DNA from: Macrostomum lignano
Lineage: Eukaryota
NCBI GenBank assembly: GCA_002269645.1
Contig: NIVC01000168.1
Coordinates: 310,001 to 374,000, forward strand
Reading direction: 5' to 3'
Length of the DNA: 64,000 nt
Numbering within the stretch: the stretch's first letter is position 1; each line of letters opens with the position of its first letter. Both the position numbers and the translations under genes were made by a program. Below the pieces are notes generated by a model that was not told where the DNA came from, ran no database searches, and saw only the letters and a program-made list of their open reading frames with translations. Below, one piece after another: positions 36,866 through 49,800 of the stretch.

Positions 36866-39349
36866 CTCTATAATGCAATTAACATAACAAGCATATACAC
36901 TTGCATTATTAGATATTAGATACAAAAAGACAAAAAGGCAACCTATATTTTAGGCTTACACTTACAGGTTTTTAATCTTCACAAAAGATATAAAACTTAT
37001 CTTGACAATAGAAAGTTTCTTGGCAATTTCTTAAAACTTTATCTAGAATTGCAGATCAATATCATATTTTGTACTTCCTAGGCATAAGATAGGGCCTAGG
37101 GCCTTGCTAGTTTTTTAATTTTTATATTATTATTTTTAAAACTATGCAATGCTTACATGTGAAATATTATCTTTATAATTATATTCTAATATTGACAAAA
37201 TTATTAATTTTTTCTTCTGCTATACTAAAATTAGACACTAAATTAATTATATCTATTGAAAGAGGCTTTGACTAGGCCTATAGCAGAAAATGGCAAAATA
37301 TAGTTCTAATATAGTCCTTTAAAAATTATAAGCCTAGGCCTAATAATAGAACTGACTACTATATTAAATAGGCCTATTTTTGCAAAGGCTTTGGCTAGGC
37401 CTATTCTAGCTGCATTATATTTATTTTAATTCAAACTACAATTTATAGGTAAAGGATAAGGCCTAAAAAGCTTAAAATGACATATTAAACAAGATGAGTT
37501 GGTTTAGAATGCTAGCGGACTAGGCCCTAGTATAAGCCTAGTAGGGGTCAAGCTAGCTACCTCATCAGTATCAATATATCACTGTCTGTCTCAGCAATAA
37601 AGTCAAACACAACATAGAACAAGTGACATGACAAATGAAATTTTCATTTAAAATGAAAAGTTTGTGTCACTTCACATTATTAAAACATAATGTCTTAAGT
37701 TACACAAGAAGGCTGCTACTCTGACCAACATTGGCAACAATCTTATCGTCAGCTCATTTGTAGTTTTAATCTGTTCTGGGTTTTTTCGCTGGCACTAAGA
37801 TGCGAAATCGGATTCAAGGTCCAATTTCAGGATGCGATTCAGAAAGTTAGGATATTATTTTATATAGGATTCATATTCCCATTGGATTGCATGAAGAAAC
37901 AATGCCTTAGTTTTTTGATAGTACTAGAAATCTAGAATGCGAATTCGCATCCAATGTCTAATTTCAGGATGCGTTTATAAAAGTCAGGATGCCGTAGCAT
38001 CGCTATCGCACAAAAAATAAACCTAGTCTCTATTTTTAAATGCGCTAATTGACAATTCAGTCGTTCTAGGCGAGGCAAGGTTTTAAATTTTTTATAGGGC
38101 CAACAAATTGGAAATTCAGGCTTTTAAATAATTTACTTTCATAATGCAAAATTTTTAACAAAATAGTAGAAGTTAGTTTTACTTTTTAAAGTAGGAGCTC
38201 GTATTTAAAACTTTAATGTACAAAGTGCTATAATAATATTTCTATGGTAGATAAAATGAAAGTACGCTAGATAGATATACAATAAACGACAAATGAAGTA
38301 CCATAGATATATCATCTCATATGCAATATAGATTTGCAAAAGAACCATTAAACGGGTTGTGCCTTTTGACGTTAATTACATGTGTACGTGTACATGTAGG
38401 TACGAATAATCACCCATAACTCTACTAGTGAGCAGGCAGTTGCAGTTGTGCAAGTACAGCCTATTGTGTGCCCAATTCCCTAAGAACCAAGTTTATAGCT
38501 GTATAAAAAATTTGCATGATAAATGTATGTACATGCATGACTAACTTAATTCTATGTCTATTAACTTCTTTGATGATGATTTCTTTAAACTAGTCTCTTC
38601 CTAGATCGAAAGATTAAACATAAAAAACTGCTCGCATGCATTTGTACGAGCCTCGTATAGTCGTGTACTGAGCTTAATTACATACGAGGGTACATGTACA
38701 TGCATGTACTTCATGGGAGATCGAGGCATTAACTGGCGCCCTAATGCACGGGCGCGAGTTCAAAGACAATCAGACTAATTTTTATGCGGCAACCCTAATT
38801 ATTTTACTTTATAATATATGTCGCCGCGCAAATCGAATCGAATTTGTTGACCTACATGTGTAGCTAGAGGTAATATATAGTGTTACTGTAGTTTAAAGAC
38901 GGTGTTTACATTCTTTGGCGCGATTTGAATGGATACAGTATTTAATGTTGAGCTGCAAAAATATACATGCAATTTACATACTTTGAATACATACAGTAGC
39001 TCTATGACACCACATATATGTAAAGAATCAAAAGAAACGCGAGAAGTAATGTACATAAATACACGATGTGTACAGTATAGTTTGCTGGTTTAACTATTGT
39101 TAAGATATAGTTCAGTGTGTATTTAGAAGTAGAAAACTATCTCGGGATATTAGATTGCACAGAAAAGAATCCATCATACAGCATTTGTTTATTTGCTCAT
39201 GCTCTTAAATGTTGCGAATTTGTAGTAGCGGCAGTTTACTTAATTAAATATTCATGTCTAAATTAAAACATTTATGAAATAGATAAAATTTAGATTGAAT
39301 TTATTAAATGAGTCCATAGGCGGCATAGCATGAAGATCAGTTTATAGCA

Positions 39350-40789
39350 TCACGGTTGACGATGCTTCTCATCAACCCACATTGCCGGGTTTTGCTGTTT
39401 ATTAAAACGTATTGAATTTTTCATTTCCATCGATAACTTTTTATCCAAATTTTCAGTTGGTGGCTGCTTTGAATCGCGCGGCAATTTCGGCTGCCGCAAA
39501 GCGGCCTTGCTGGCTGCCAGAACCACAAAATCCAGCAGCATCTCGATTAGTTCGAATAGCGTCAGTACGCTCAGTCCGAGCCAGAGGCCAACCTGCAATG
39601 GTTATTATAATCATATGAATTAATAATATCGGCGCTCTCCGCTCCCTCTCCGCTCCCTCTCCGCTCCCTCTCCGCTCCCTCTCCGCTCCCTCTCCGCTCC
39701 CTCTCCGCTCCCTCTCCGCTCCCTCTCCGCTCCCTCTCCGCTCCCTCTCCGCTCCCTCTCCGCTCCCTCTCCGCTCCCTCTCCGCTCCCTCTCCGCTCCC
39801 TCTCCGCTCCCTCTCCGCTCCCTCTCCGCTCCCTCTCCGCTCCCTCTCCGCTCCCTCTCCGCTCCCTCTCCGCTCCCTCTCCGCTCCCTCTCCGCTCCCT
39901 CTCCGCTCCCTCTCCGCTCCCTCTCCGCTCCCTCTCCGCTCCCTCTCCGCTCCCTCTCCGCTCCCTCTCCGCTCCCTCTCCGCTCCCTCTCCGCTCCCTC
40001 TCCGCTCCCTCTCCGCTCTCTCTCTCTCTCTTCACTCCGCTTCCGCTCCTCCGCCTCGGCGCCAAAATGAGTGCCTGCGCGGCGCCAAAATGAGCGCTGA
40101 CAACACCGATTCCCAAAAATAATGTACATGCAGGAATTTATTCATGTACATGTAAAATTCTTTGCTTTGCCCCCCTCATCATAAAATCCATGGGGCTCAG
40201 AACTCGGGCGAATGTAGATTAAATCCACAGGTTGCATGCACTGTACAAACCTGACCGCCCATATCCGAAAGCAGATCAGTAATTTCGTAGCCTTTCGTTG
40301 AGATTTCTGTGCGCGTCTCCGGGTCGGCAAAGAACACAATCAGCTTGACCATGTTTTGCCTGCGAAGCAGAGCGGTACAGGGGTCGTTGACGTTTGAGAC
40401 TAATTACTCTTAACCGTCAGAGAATACGGCAATCTGATTATGCTACTCACGATATAAAATCCGCCTTAGAGTCATCCGTTTTGTGTCCGTCCATCTGAGT
40501 TCGGACTATTGGATTGTACATCATCACTTGGTGGAACGCGTCCGACTGAAAAAATTGTGTGTAGCTGTCATTATTTGCCTGTGTCTGTCTATCTTAGTGT
40601 CTGTCTGTCTTAGTGTCTGTCTGTCTTAGTGTCTGTCTGTCTTAGTGTCTGTCTGTCTTAGTGTCTGTCTGTCTTAGTGTCTGTCTGTCTTAGTGTTTGT
40701 CTGTCTTAGTGTCTGTCTGTCTTAGTGTTTGTCTGTCTTAGTGTCTGTCTGTCTTAGTGTTTGTCTGTCTTAGTGTCTGTCTGTCTTAG

Positions 40790-40826
<37 letters not shown>

Positions 40827-43800
40827 GTCTGTCTGTCTGTATATTTTAACAAGTCAAGAAGCCGCAGACCTCGTATCCCATGCTTGGCCAAGCCGCCATC
40901 GATATAGATGCATCGTATTGCATTTCCCTGAAAAAAATATCAAAATTGTATGCATTCGAATAAGCTTCGCAACGAAAGGAGTCGAAAGTGTTAAGGGATC
41001 GATAATAACTTTTTGCTCAAACTTACTCGCATTGACTCTGACAACCAGATCGGCAAGTTTCGAACTCAGATTCTTGAACAGCATGCAAGCATTCGGCTGA
41101 GAAAGTTGAAAGAATTACAATTTTTAGTACAGAATAGCTTTAAAAGTAGAAAATAGTATAAAATTCGTTTTTACAAACCTTCTTGACTGACACTTTTCGA
41201 AGTTGAATTGTAGCTGTACTTGCAAATGGGGAGCGCAGGAGTTCGAGTGATGTTCGACGGCGGCAGCTTTGGCGAGCTGCAGTTGCATCGCGACTCCGTT
41301 TTGCGTTGAATGCAAGTTTTTAGGCAGACCTGTGGAAGTTGTTCGAGGTTTGACAGCGATGTTGATTTGGGCGCGTTCGAGTAGTTTAATTTGGCTTAAA
41401 ATGAATTAAAAAAGATTTTAAGTGGACCATTTAAACCTACTCGGTAAAACAAAACAAATGATTTTGTTTGATACGCCGGTAAAGCAAACTCGATATGTGT
41501 TTATATAAATAGCGTTTTTTGGAATTTTAACAACTACTTAGTAACAAAGCTTTGGTACGTCCCTCCAGAGCTTTTACTGGAAGGGGGCATGTCCCCCTTG
41601 GATCCACTTACAATATTTACAATCACTTTAAACCAAGGGTTGGCTAACTTTTTTAACTTAAGGGCCAGATTTAGAATCTACATCAGAGAGATGGGAGATG
41701 GGAGATTGTAAAGAAGAGAGGAGAGAGGAGTGGGTAGGGGAGAGGAGAAAAAAGAAGAGTGCTGAGAAGAGACGCCTTGGGCTTGGCGGATTGCTATTGT
41801 GAAGTTTTAAAGGACCCAAGTACCCAAGGACCCAAGTACCCAAGTACCCAAGTACCCAAGGACCCAAGTACCCAAGGACCCAAGTACCCAAGGACCCAAG
41901 TACCCAAGGACCCAAGTACCCAAGGACCCAAGTACCCAAGGACCCAAGTACCCAAGGACCCAAGGATAGAGAGGTTTCACGGGGACGCATGATTAAGCGC
42001 GCATTTTTTAACTGCTCTCAGTGACACAAGCGCGCATCTTGAATGCATGAGTCTGGCACAAGCGCGCATTCTAGACGCATCAATCTGAATGCTGCAGCTT
42101 GAAGTTAGAAGCCGGACTACAGCTGCAGCGGGCATTGTACTACCAGCGGCAGCCAGCGACAGACCATCAAAACCCGGCCTCAGACTTGCATAACATGTGG
42201 TTCTATTCTTAGATACTGAACATTTTACCATTTGAAATCGGAGCATTTTACCATTTGAAATCGGAGCATTTTACCATTTGAAATCGGAACATTTTACCAT
42301 TTGAAATCGGAGCATTTTACCATTTGAAATCGGAACATTTTACCATTTTAAATCGGAACATTTTACCATTTTTAATCTGAACATCTTATTTACCATTTTT
42401 AATCTGAACATTTTACCATTTTTAATCTGAACATTTTACCATTTTAAATCGGAACATTTTACCATTTTAAATCGGAACATTTTACCATTTTAAATCGGAA
42501 CATTTTACCATTTTAAATCGGAACATTTTACCATTTTTAATCTGAACATTTTACCATTTTAAATCGGAACATCTTACCATTTTTAATCTGAACATTTTAC
42601 CATTTTTAATCTGAACATTTTACCATTTTTAATCTGAACATTTTACCATTTTAAATCGGAACATTTTACCATTTGAAATCGGAGCATTTTACCATTTTAA
42701 ATCGGAACATTTTACCATTTGAAATCGGAGCATTTTACCATTTTAAATCGGAAAATTTTACCATTTGAAATCGGAACATTTTACCATTTGAAATCGGAAC
42801 ATTTTAACATTTTAGATCGGAACATTTTACCATTTAAAATCGGAGCATTTTACCATTTTAAATCGGAACATCTTACCATTTTTAATCTGAACATTTTACC
42901 ATTTTTAATCTGAACATTTTACCATTTTAAATCGGAACATTTTACCATTTTTAATCTGAAAATTTTACCATTATTAATCTGAACATTTTACCATTTTTAA
43001 TCTGAAAATTTTACCATTATTAATCTGAACATTTTACCATTTTAAATCGGAACATTTAAACTTTGTGAAAAATAAATATAGAGAAAATAAACCTTCGTGA
43101 CTTTCTGTCGGATAGTCGTAAAAATGGACTGCGCGCTTATTTCCACACTTGCCAAAAAATACACATGCGCGCTTACGTCACGCGCTTTTTTTCAGCCCTC
43201 CCGTTTCACGGCCTCCTCCCTCCCGCATGTGGCCAGCGAGCCGAAGTTTGCCGATCCCGGCTTTAAACCATGCCACTCAAGCGCACCCTTTATTTGCACG
43301 AGTAAGAGGCTTGGGCGCTGCGGCAAAAAAGTGACAAACTGCATAGCAACCCATCCATTTTCCGCTAACTCCGTGAGCATCCATGTACAAGCGTACATGT
43401 ACATGGATACACGTACGAGCAGTGTAAACTTATGCTCCTTTCACAATTTCAATTGCGCTTACCATTTTCGTATAGTTCACTTTAGGCAGAGCCCATTCAT
43501 CCAATGATCTGTACATGTTGTACTTTTTGTTGGCAGTTTTGTAGTCAATGGCGCAGTTGTCAGAGTACGGGCTGCCTAGTAGCTTTTTGTAGGTCTGAAA
43601 ATTTAAGGAAATGTTTTATGTTGGATATATTTCTTTTGAGCAGAAATAGTAATAATTAATTATTGATTACACCTAGCTATTGCGCTGTTCAGTCCAAGGA
43701 CTAAGGGGGGGGGGGGAGGGTCACCAAACACACCCTCAATTACCCCAGCTGATGCTGGCACCCATTTTACAGCTGAGTGAACTGAAGCAATGCAGAGTGT

Positions 43801-46800
43801 CTTGCTCAAGGACACAAAATCACCTGTTTCATCCCAATGTAGGTCTCCCGTCCAGGTGACACGCGAATGCCGGACTCCTCAGGAAACGGTTGCGTTGTTG
43901 GCTCGTGCAGCACCACGACTGCTCCAGCTGACTGCGCCACTGTGCTCACGTAATCCGACTGATCGATGTACAGCGTCAGGGTTAGTCCAAACAGGGGACC
44001 CTGCTGTTTCACTGACACTCTGCTTGAGTTGGTGACAGCCGCATTGAAGGTGTAACAGTTGCCGTACATCGGGTGTAGAAAGCGGGTGAAGTTTCTATAA
44101 AAAGGATTGAAATTGATCAGGTACATGTAAATATACTTTATAAGCGATGGCCAACTACCAAGTAGCAAGAAACAAATGTGAAGTAAATCCTGTACAAGTA
44201 TGTGTCCCATTAAGGTTTTGAATCTCAATTTTCGACTCGAATAGTGGCGCACCTAGACCTAAAGCCCCTGGTGCTAAATCCTCTGGTGCTAAAGCCCCAG
44301 GTGCTTAAGACCCTGGTGCTAAAGCCCTGGTGCTAAAGCCCCTGGTGCTAAAGCCCTTGGTGCTAAAGCCCCTGGTGCTAAAGCCCTTGGTTCTCAAGAA
44401 GGAGTCCTAAAGAATTGATAAATCTATTAAAGTCGTTTTACTTCTGATTAAATCCCAATCCTTCCTATTCAATAAAGACAGAAAATCGTCAATGAAATCT
44501 TTCTTGTACATTTTTAAATTATTTTGCTCAAGTGTTACTTATGCACAAAATTGTTGTAAGAAATCCTACAAAGCCTAAGTCGCATCTAGCTCATTCGAGA
44601 ACACTTACGACACACTGCAGTAGCTGGTGCCCATACTGCAGTCAACCAGCATGTCACTAATCTGATAGCCAATCTCTGTCTTCACATCGTCGTCCAACGT
44701 GTTATAGAAGTCTAGGAACATGTACGTCATGCGGACACTGTCCGGGACAGTCTTGGAATCCATTGTGCTCAGGTTTCGAGTAGTACCTGAGCTGTACATC
44801 GAACTTGTAAGGCCGGAGTACTGCAAAGTGATCGTTGTACTGACTAACTGACTGACTGACTGACTGACTGACTGACTGACTGACTGACTGACTGACTGAC
44901 TGACTGACTGACTGACTGACTGACTGACTGACTGACTGACTGACTGACTAACTGACTGACTGACTGACTGACTTGAGTAACTGACTGACTGACTGACTGA
45001 CTGACTGACTGACTGACTGACTGACTGACTGACTGACTGACTGACTGACTGACTGACTGACTGACTGACTGACTGACTGACTGACTGACTGACTGACTGA
45101 CTGACTGACTGACTGACTGACTGACTGACAGTCTCTATTCATTAACAGTAGAACTACCAAGGGGGGGGGAAATTTCCCAGAAAATTCCCCCCCCCCTGAC
45201 AATTTTTTTTGCTGCGCCGGAACGGAGCAACGCAGACACACAAAATTCAAGAACACGGGCTAACTTTTTGTTGCGCACCTTCTCAAACAAGAATCAAGTC
45301 GCCAGCCCTCCGGACCGTCGAGATATTCGACGATTCTGCCAGAAGGTCGGATTTTTCCCATAAGCGCTAGTGTATTCAGTACACCCCTGTGCGCCAATCA
45401 GCACTGCGCCTCAGCGCAGCCTTGCAATGCCTCCAAATTGCATCAGCACGTCGACCACATGTGTCTGCATCAGCTCTGACTTCGTTGGTCACTAGCCTTC
45501 ACCCAGGCGGAGCTTCTAGACCTTCAACAGGTGGCACCAAGTGACTATGGACACTCTGATACGAATTTCTCGAGTTTCGCTGATCAAGCCTCGACAGTGG
45601 GCATACCTCAACTGCTAGGTATCCTCAGCTAGTCTCTCGAGCCTTCCATCATCACCCCGACGCCGTCGGCACCTTCAACGGATTGCACCAGGTGACTATG
45701 AACACCCTGATGCAAATTTCTCTAGTTTCGCTGATCAAGCCTTGCCAATGGGCAAGCCTCAACCGCGGAACATCTTCAGCTAGTCTCTCAAGCATTCAGT
45801 CATCACCCCGACGCCGTCGGCACCTTCAACAGATGACACCAGGCGACTATGAACACCCTGATGCAAATTTCTCTAGTTTCGCTGATCAAGCCTTGCCAAT
45901 GGGCAAGCCTCAACCGCGGAACATCTTCAGCTAGTCTCTCAAGCATTCAGTCATCACCCCGACGCCGTCGGCACCTTCAACAGATGACACCAGGCGACTA
46001 TGAACACCCTGATGCAAATTTCTCTAGTTTCGCTGATCAAGCCTTGCCAATGGGCAAGCCTCAACCGCGGAACATCTTCAGCTAGTCTCTCAAGCATTCA
46101 GTCATCACCCCGACGCCGTCGGCACCTTCAACAGATGACACCAGGCGACTATGAACACCCTGATGCAAATTTCTCTAGTTTCGCTGATCAAGCCTTGCCA
46201 ATGGGCAAGCCTCAACCGCGGAACATCTTCAGCTAGTCTCTCAAGCATTCAGTCATCACCCCGACGCCGTCGGCTCCTTCAACAGATTACAATAGGTGAC
46301 TATGAACATCCTATTGCAAATATGTCAGGTTTTTCTGATCAAGCTTCAATATTGGGCAAAGTCGGTTTTTTCATTTTTTAATGATTCAGAAATGTTAAGA
46401 GCATGATGAAAAATCACGCTCACGTGTCATTACTCCCCTGGTGCCACCGGTTGAAGGTGCCGACGGCGTCGGGGTGCTGGCTGAATGCTTGACTGACTAG
46501 CTGAGGATGTCCAGCAGTTGAGGTTTGCCCAATATTGAAGCTTGATCAGAAAAACCTGACATATTTGCAATAGGATGTTCATAGTCACCTATTGTAATCT
46601 GTTGAAGGAGCCGACGGCGTCGGGGTGATGACTGAATGCTTGAGAGACTAGCTGAAGATGTTCCGCGGTTGAGGCTTGCCCATTGGCAAGGCTTGATCAG
46701 CGAAACTAGAGAAATTTGCATCAGGGTGTTCATAGTCGCCTGGTGTCATCTGTTGAAGGTGCCGACGGCGTCGGGGTGATGACTGAATGCTTGAGAGACT

Positions 46801-49800
46801 AGCTGAAGATGTTCCGCGGTTGAGGCTTGCCCATTGGCAAGGCTTGATCAGCGAAACTAGAGAAATTTGCATCAGGGTGTTCATAGTCGCCTGGTGTCAT
46901 CTGTTGAAGGTGCCGACGGCGTCGGGTGATGACTGAATGCTTGAGAGACTAGCTGAAGATGTTCCGCGGTTGAGGCTTGCCCATTGGCAAGGCTTGATCA
47001 GCGAAACTAGAGAAATTTGCATCAGGGTGTTCATAGTCACCTGGTGCAATCCGTTGAAGGTGCCGACGGCGTCGGGGTGATGATGGAAGGCTCGAGAGAC
47101 TAGCTGAGGATACCTAGCAGTTGAGGTATGCCCACTGTCGAGGCTTGATCAGCGAAACTCGAGAAATTCGTATCAGAGTGTCCATAGTCACTTGGTGCCA
47201 CCTGTTGAAGGTCTAGAAGCTCCGCCTGGGTGAAGGCTAGTGACCAACGAAGTCAGAGCTGATGCAGACACATGTGGTCGACGTGCTGATGCAATTTGGA
47301 GGCATTGCAAGGCTGCGCTGAGGCGCAGTGCTGATTGGCGCACAGGGGTGTACTGAATACACTAGCGCTTATGGGAAAAATCCGACCTTCTGGCAGAATC
47401 GTCGAATATCTCGACGGTCCGGAGGGCTGGCGACTTGATTCTTGTTTGAGAAGGTGCGCAACAAAAAGTTAGCCCGTGTTCTTGAATTTTGTGTGTCTGC
47501 GTTGCTCCGTTCCGGCGCAGCAAAAAAAATTGTCAGGGGGGGGGGGTAAATTTCCCCCCCCCTTGGTAGTTCGACGGGCGGAAAAATGGCTTGGTATTCC
47601 TACTGTTAAGCAGCAGGCAATAACTCACAGAATCCTCCTCATCTTTGTAACCAGAACCAGCGCTACGTTTTTTTCGCTTGGAAGCTAAAATAATGTTTTT
47701 CTTTGATAAAAAATAGCCATCTTCAGGTGAATAAAAACTGCTATTCACGATTGAGTTTATTACTCAAACAAAACATTTCTGCGACTCACGTGCAGGTGTC
47801 GAATTCGCAGCAATAATCGTACTGGAATTCATTGTCGATGTGGGAGTACTTGAAGTGACATTGCTATAACCCGCGGGACTCATCGTTGTAGTCGAAGTGG
47901 AATTCGCGGTAGCATTCGAAGTTTCAGTCGTACTCGTGCTCGTGCCTGTTGTTGGTGTATGCGGTGACAAATTCGCTTATATGATTGGTAATGCTGGATG
48001 ATGCGCACAAAGGACTACTGGGAGTTACCGTTGCATCATGGCACTAGACGCGATAGAAGACCTGCATTTCCAAGCACTTAATTACTTTCTATCTCTTGAA
48101 TGTACGAGCTACGACAGATTTTTTCTAAAACCGACAGCTCAGCTGCAGCTATTGCGTGGCGCACCTGAAGGCTGCGTACGGCTGTTCAGTCCAAGGACTG
48201 AGGGGGGGGGTCGCCACACACACCCTCAATTACCCCAGCTAATGCTGGCACCCATTTTACAGCTGGGTGAACTGAAGCAATGCAGAGTTAAGTGTCTTGC
48301 CCAAGGACGCAAATTGTTCCAGTGGGATCTGGAATCGAACCCCCGACCTTTCAGTCGGGGTTCACTAGGCTACAACCCCGTTCTGGTAAGACACAGAGCA
48401 CTGTCACTTTTTTTCCGTTTCCTGAAGTTGAAGTAAAAAGAATGAATTAAAAAAAACTTGTTGGTACGACCAACAGTCGAACAAATGTCAGATTCATACT
48501 GGAAGCCCTAAGCCATCGTTTTAACTGTAACTTATAGTAGTCCTTGATGCTCAGTTGAAAAAAAAACACAAAAAGCTCACTAGTAGCCGATTGCACTTTG
48601 CTTTTTCTAGCCGGGCTCTGGTTGCAGACTGTTACGGCCGGGAACTCTCTGGGCAAGTTGATCTCCGCGCCCCGAGCCACTGCGATGGGGTAGCTGTAGT
48701 ATTTGTCCACTATGGACTTGATTTGCACCACTGTCAGGCCTGTGTAATGGTGCGGCATGTTGGGCGAGAGATCTGTGAGTACTAGTAACGCAGCTCTTCG
48801 ACCGTGGAAGACAGTGGAATAAGGTCAAAGGGGGGAGATAAACAGAGAGGAAGACAACGAAAGAAGAGTAAAGAACAGAAGATTAACGAATGGAAGAAAA
48901 TCAAAGCGCTGAAGAAGATTAAAGAGCGGAAGAAGATCAAAGAGCGGAAGAAGATCAAAGAGCGGAAGAAGATCAAAGAGCGGAAGAAGATCAAAGAGCG
49001 GAAGAAGATCAAAGAGCGGAAGAAGATCAAAGAGCGGAAGAAAATCAAATAGCGGAAGAAAATCAAAGAGCGGAAGAAGATAACAGAACGGAAGGAAACC
49101 AAAGACGAACAACAACAACAACAAAGTACGCAGCCCCGCATGCAAGGTCACAGTTAGAGCAGGGTGCGTCAGATGGCGCGCCGCAGAGCCTGAGAGCGGA
49201 CGAAGTCCACCCCGTTGGCGGTGTCGGGCGCCCCGGCGTCGCCTAGGAGGCAGTCCACGTATCGACGGGTTTGGGCCTGACCCCGCCTGAACGGGCCCTG
49301 AAAGCTGAGCAGCAGAACGTCCTGAACAGGTTGGGGGCAGTAGCCCTCGGCCCGGATCACGTGGCCCGCCAGTTGAAGTCACCGCCGGCGCAGGATGATG
49401 GACGGGTACTGCAGCTTGGCCCGATCGTACAGGGCCTCGGTCCCGACGCTCTCGTCAGCTCGAAAGGCTGCATTGAGCAGCCCTGGGTGGGCTGAGTCCA
49501 GCTGCGGCTCCAGCGGGTCAGACAGGCCGTCCGCCCTCACCACAGCAGCTCGAGTATCGCAATACAGCGCCATGACAGCGTCGATTAGCTGCTTGGGGTA
49601 CCCGGTAGGCTCGAAGGACAAAGGGAAGCGCGGCTTTCAACACCGAGTCAAACCCCCTTAGAAATTCAACGAAGACAATGATCAGCGTAGACTGGCGGAT
49701 GCGCTCGATGAAACGGCGGAGTGCGAGGATCTGGGCCGCGTTGCGGCCGGAATCCGTTCTGCTCGTACCACAGGTACGGGTCCAGCACCTACTGCAGACG

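Noticed and set aside
45683-46884. Repeated 76-83-aa ORFs (MNTLMQISL...) as a coding repeat or transposase
   Set aside because: The 151-bp unit is not a multiple of 3, so each ORF just cycles through frames and stops. There is no transposase motif.
47763-47789. 27-nt ultra-short intron in DEG/ENaC-1
   Set aside because: A 69-nt intron (47721-47789) with a pyrimidine-rich acceptor gives the same phase and is more plausible.
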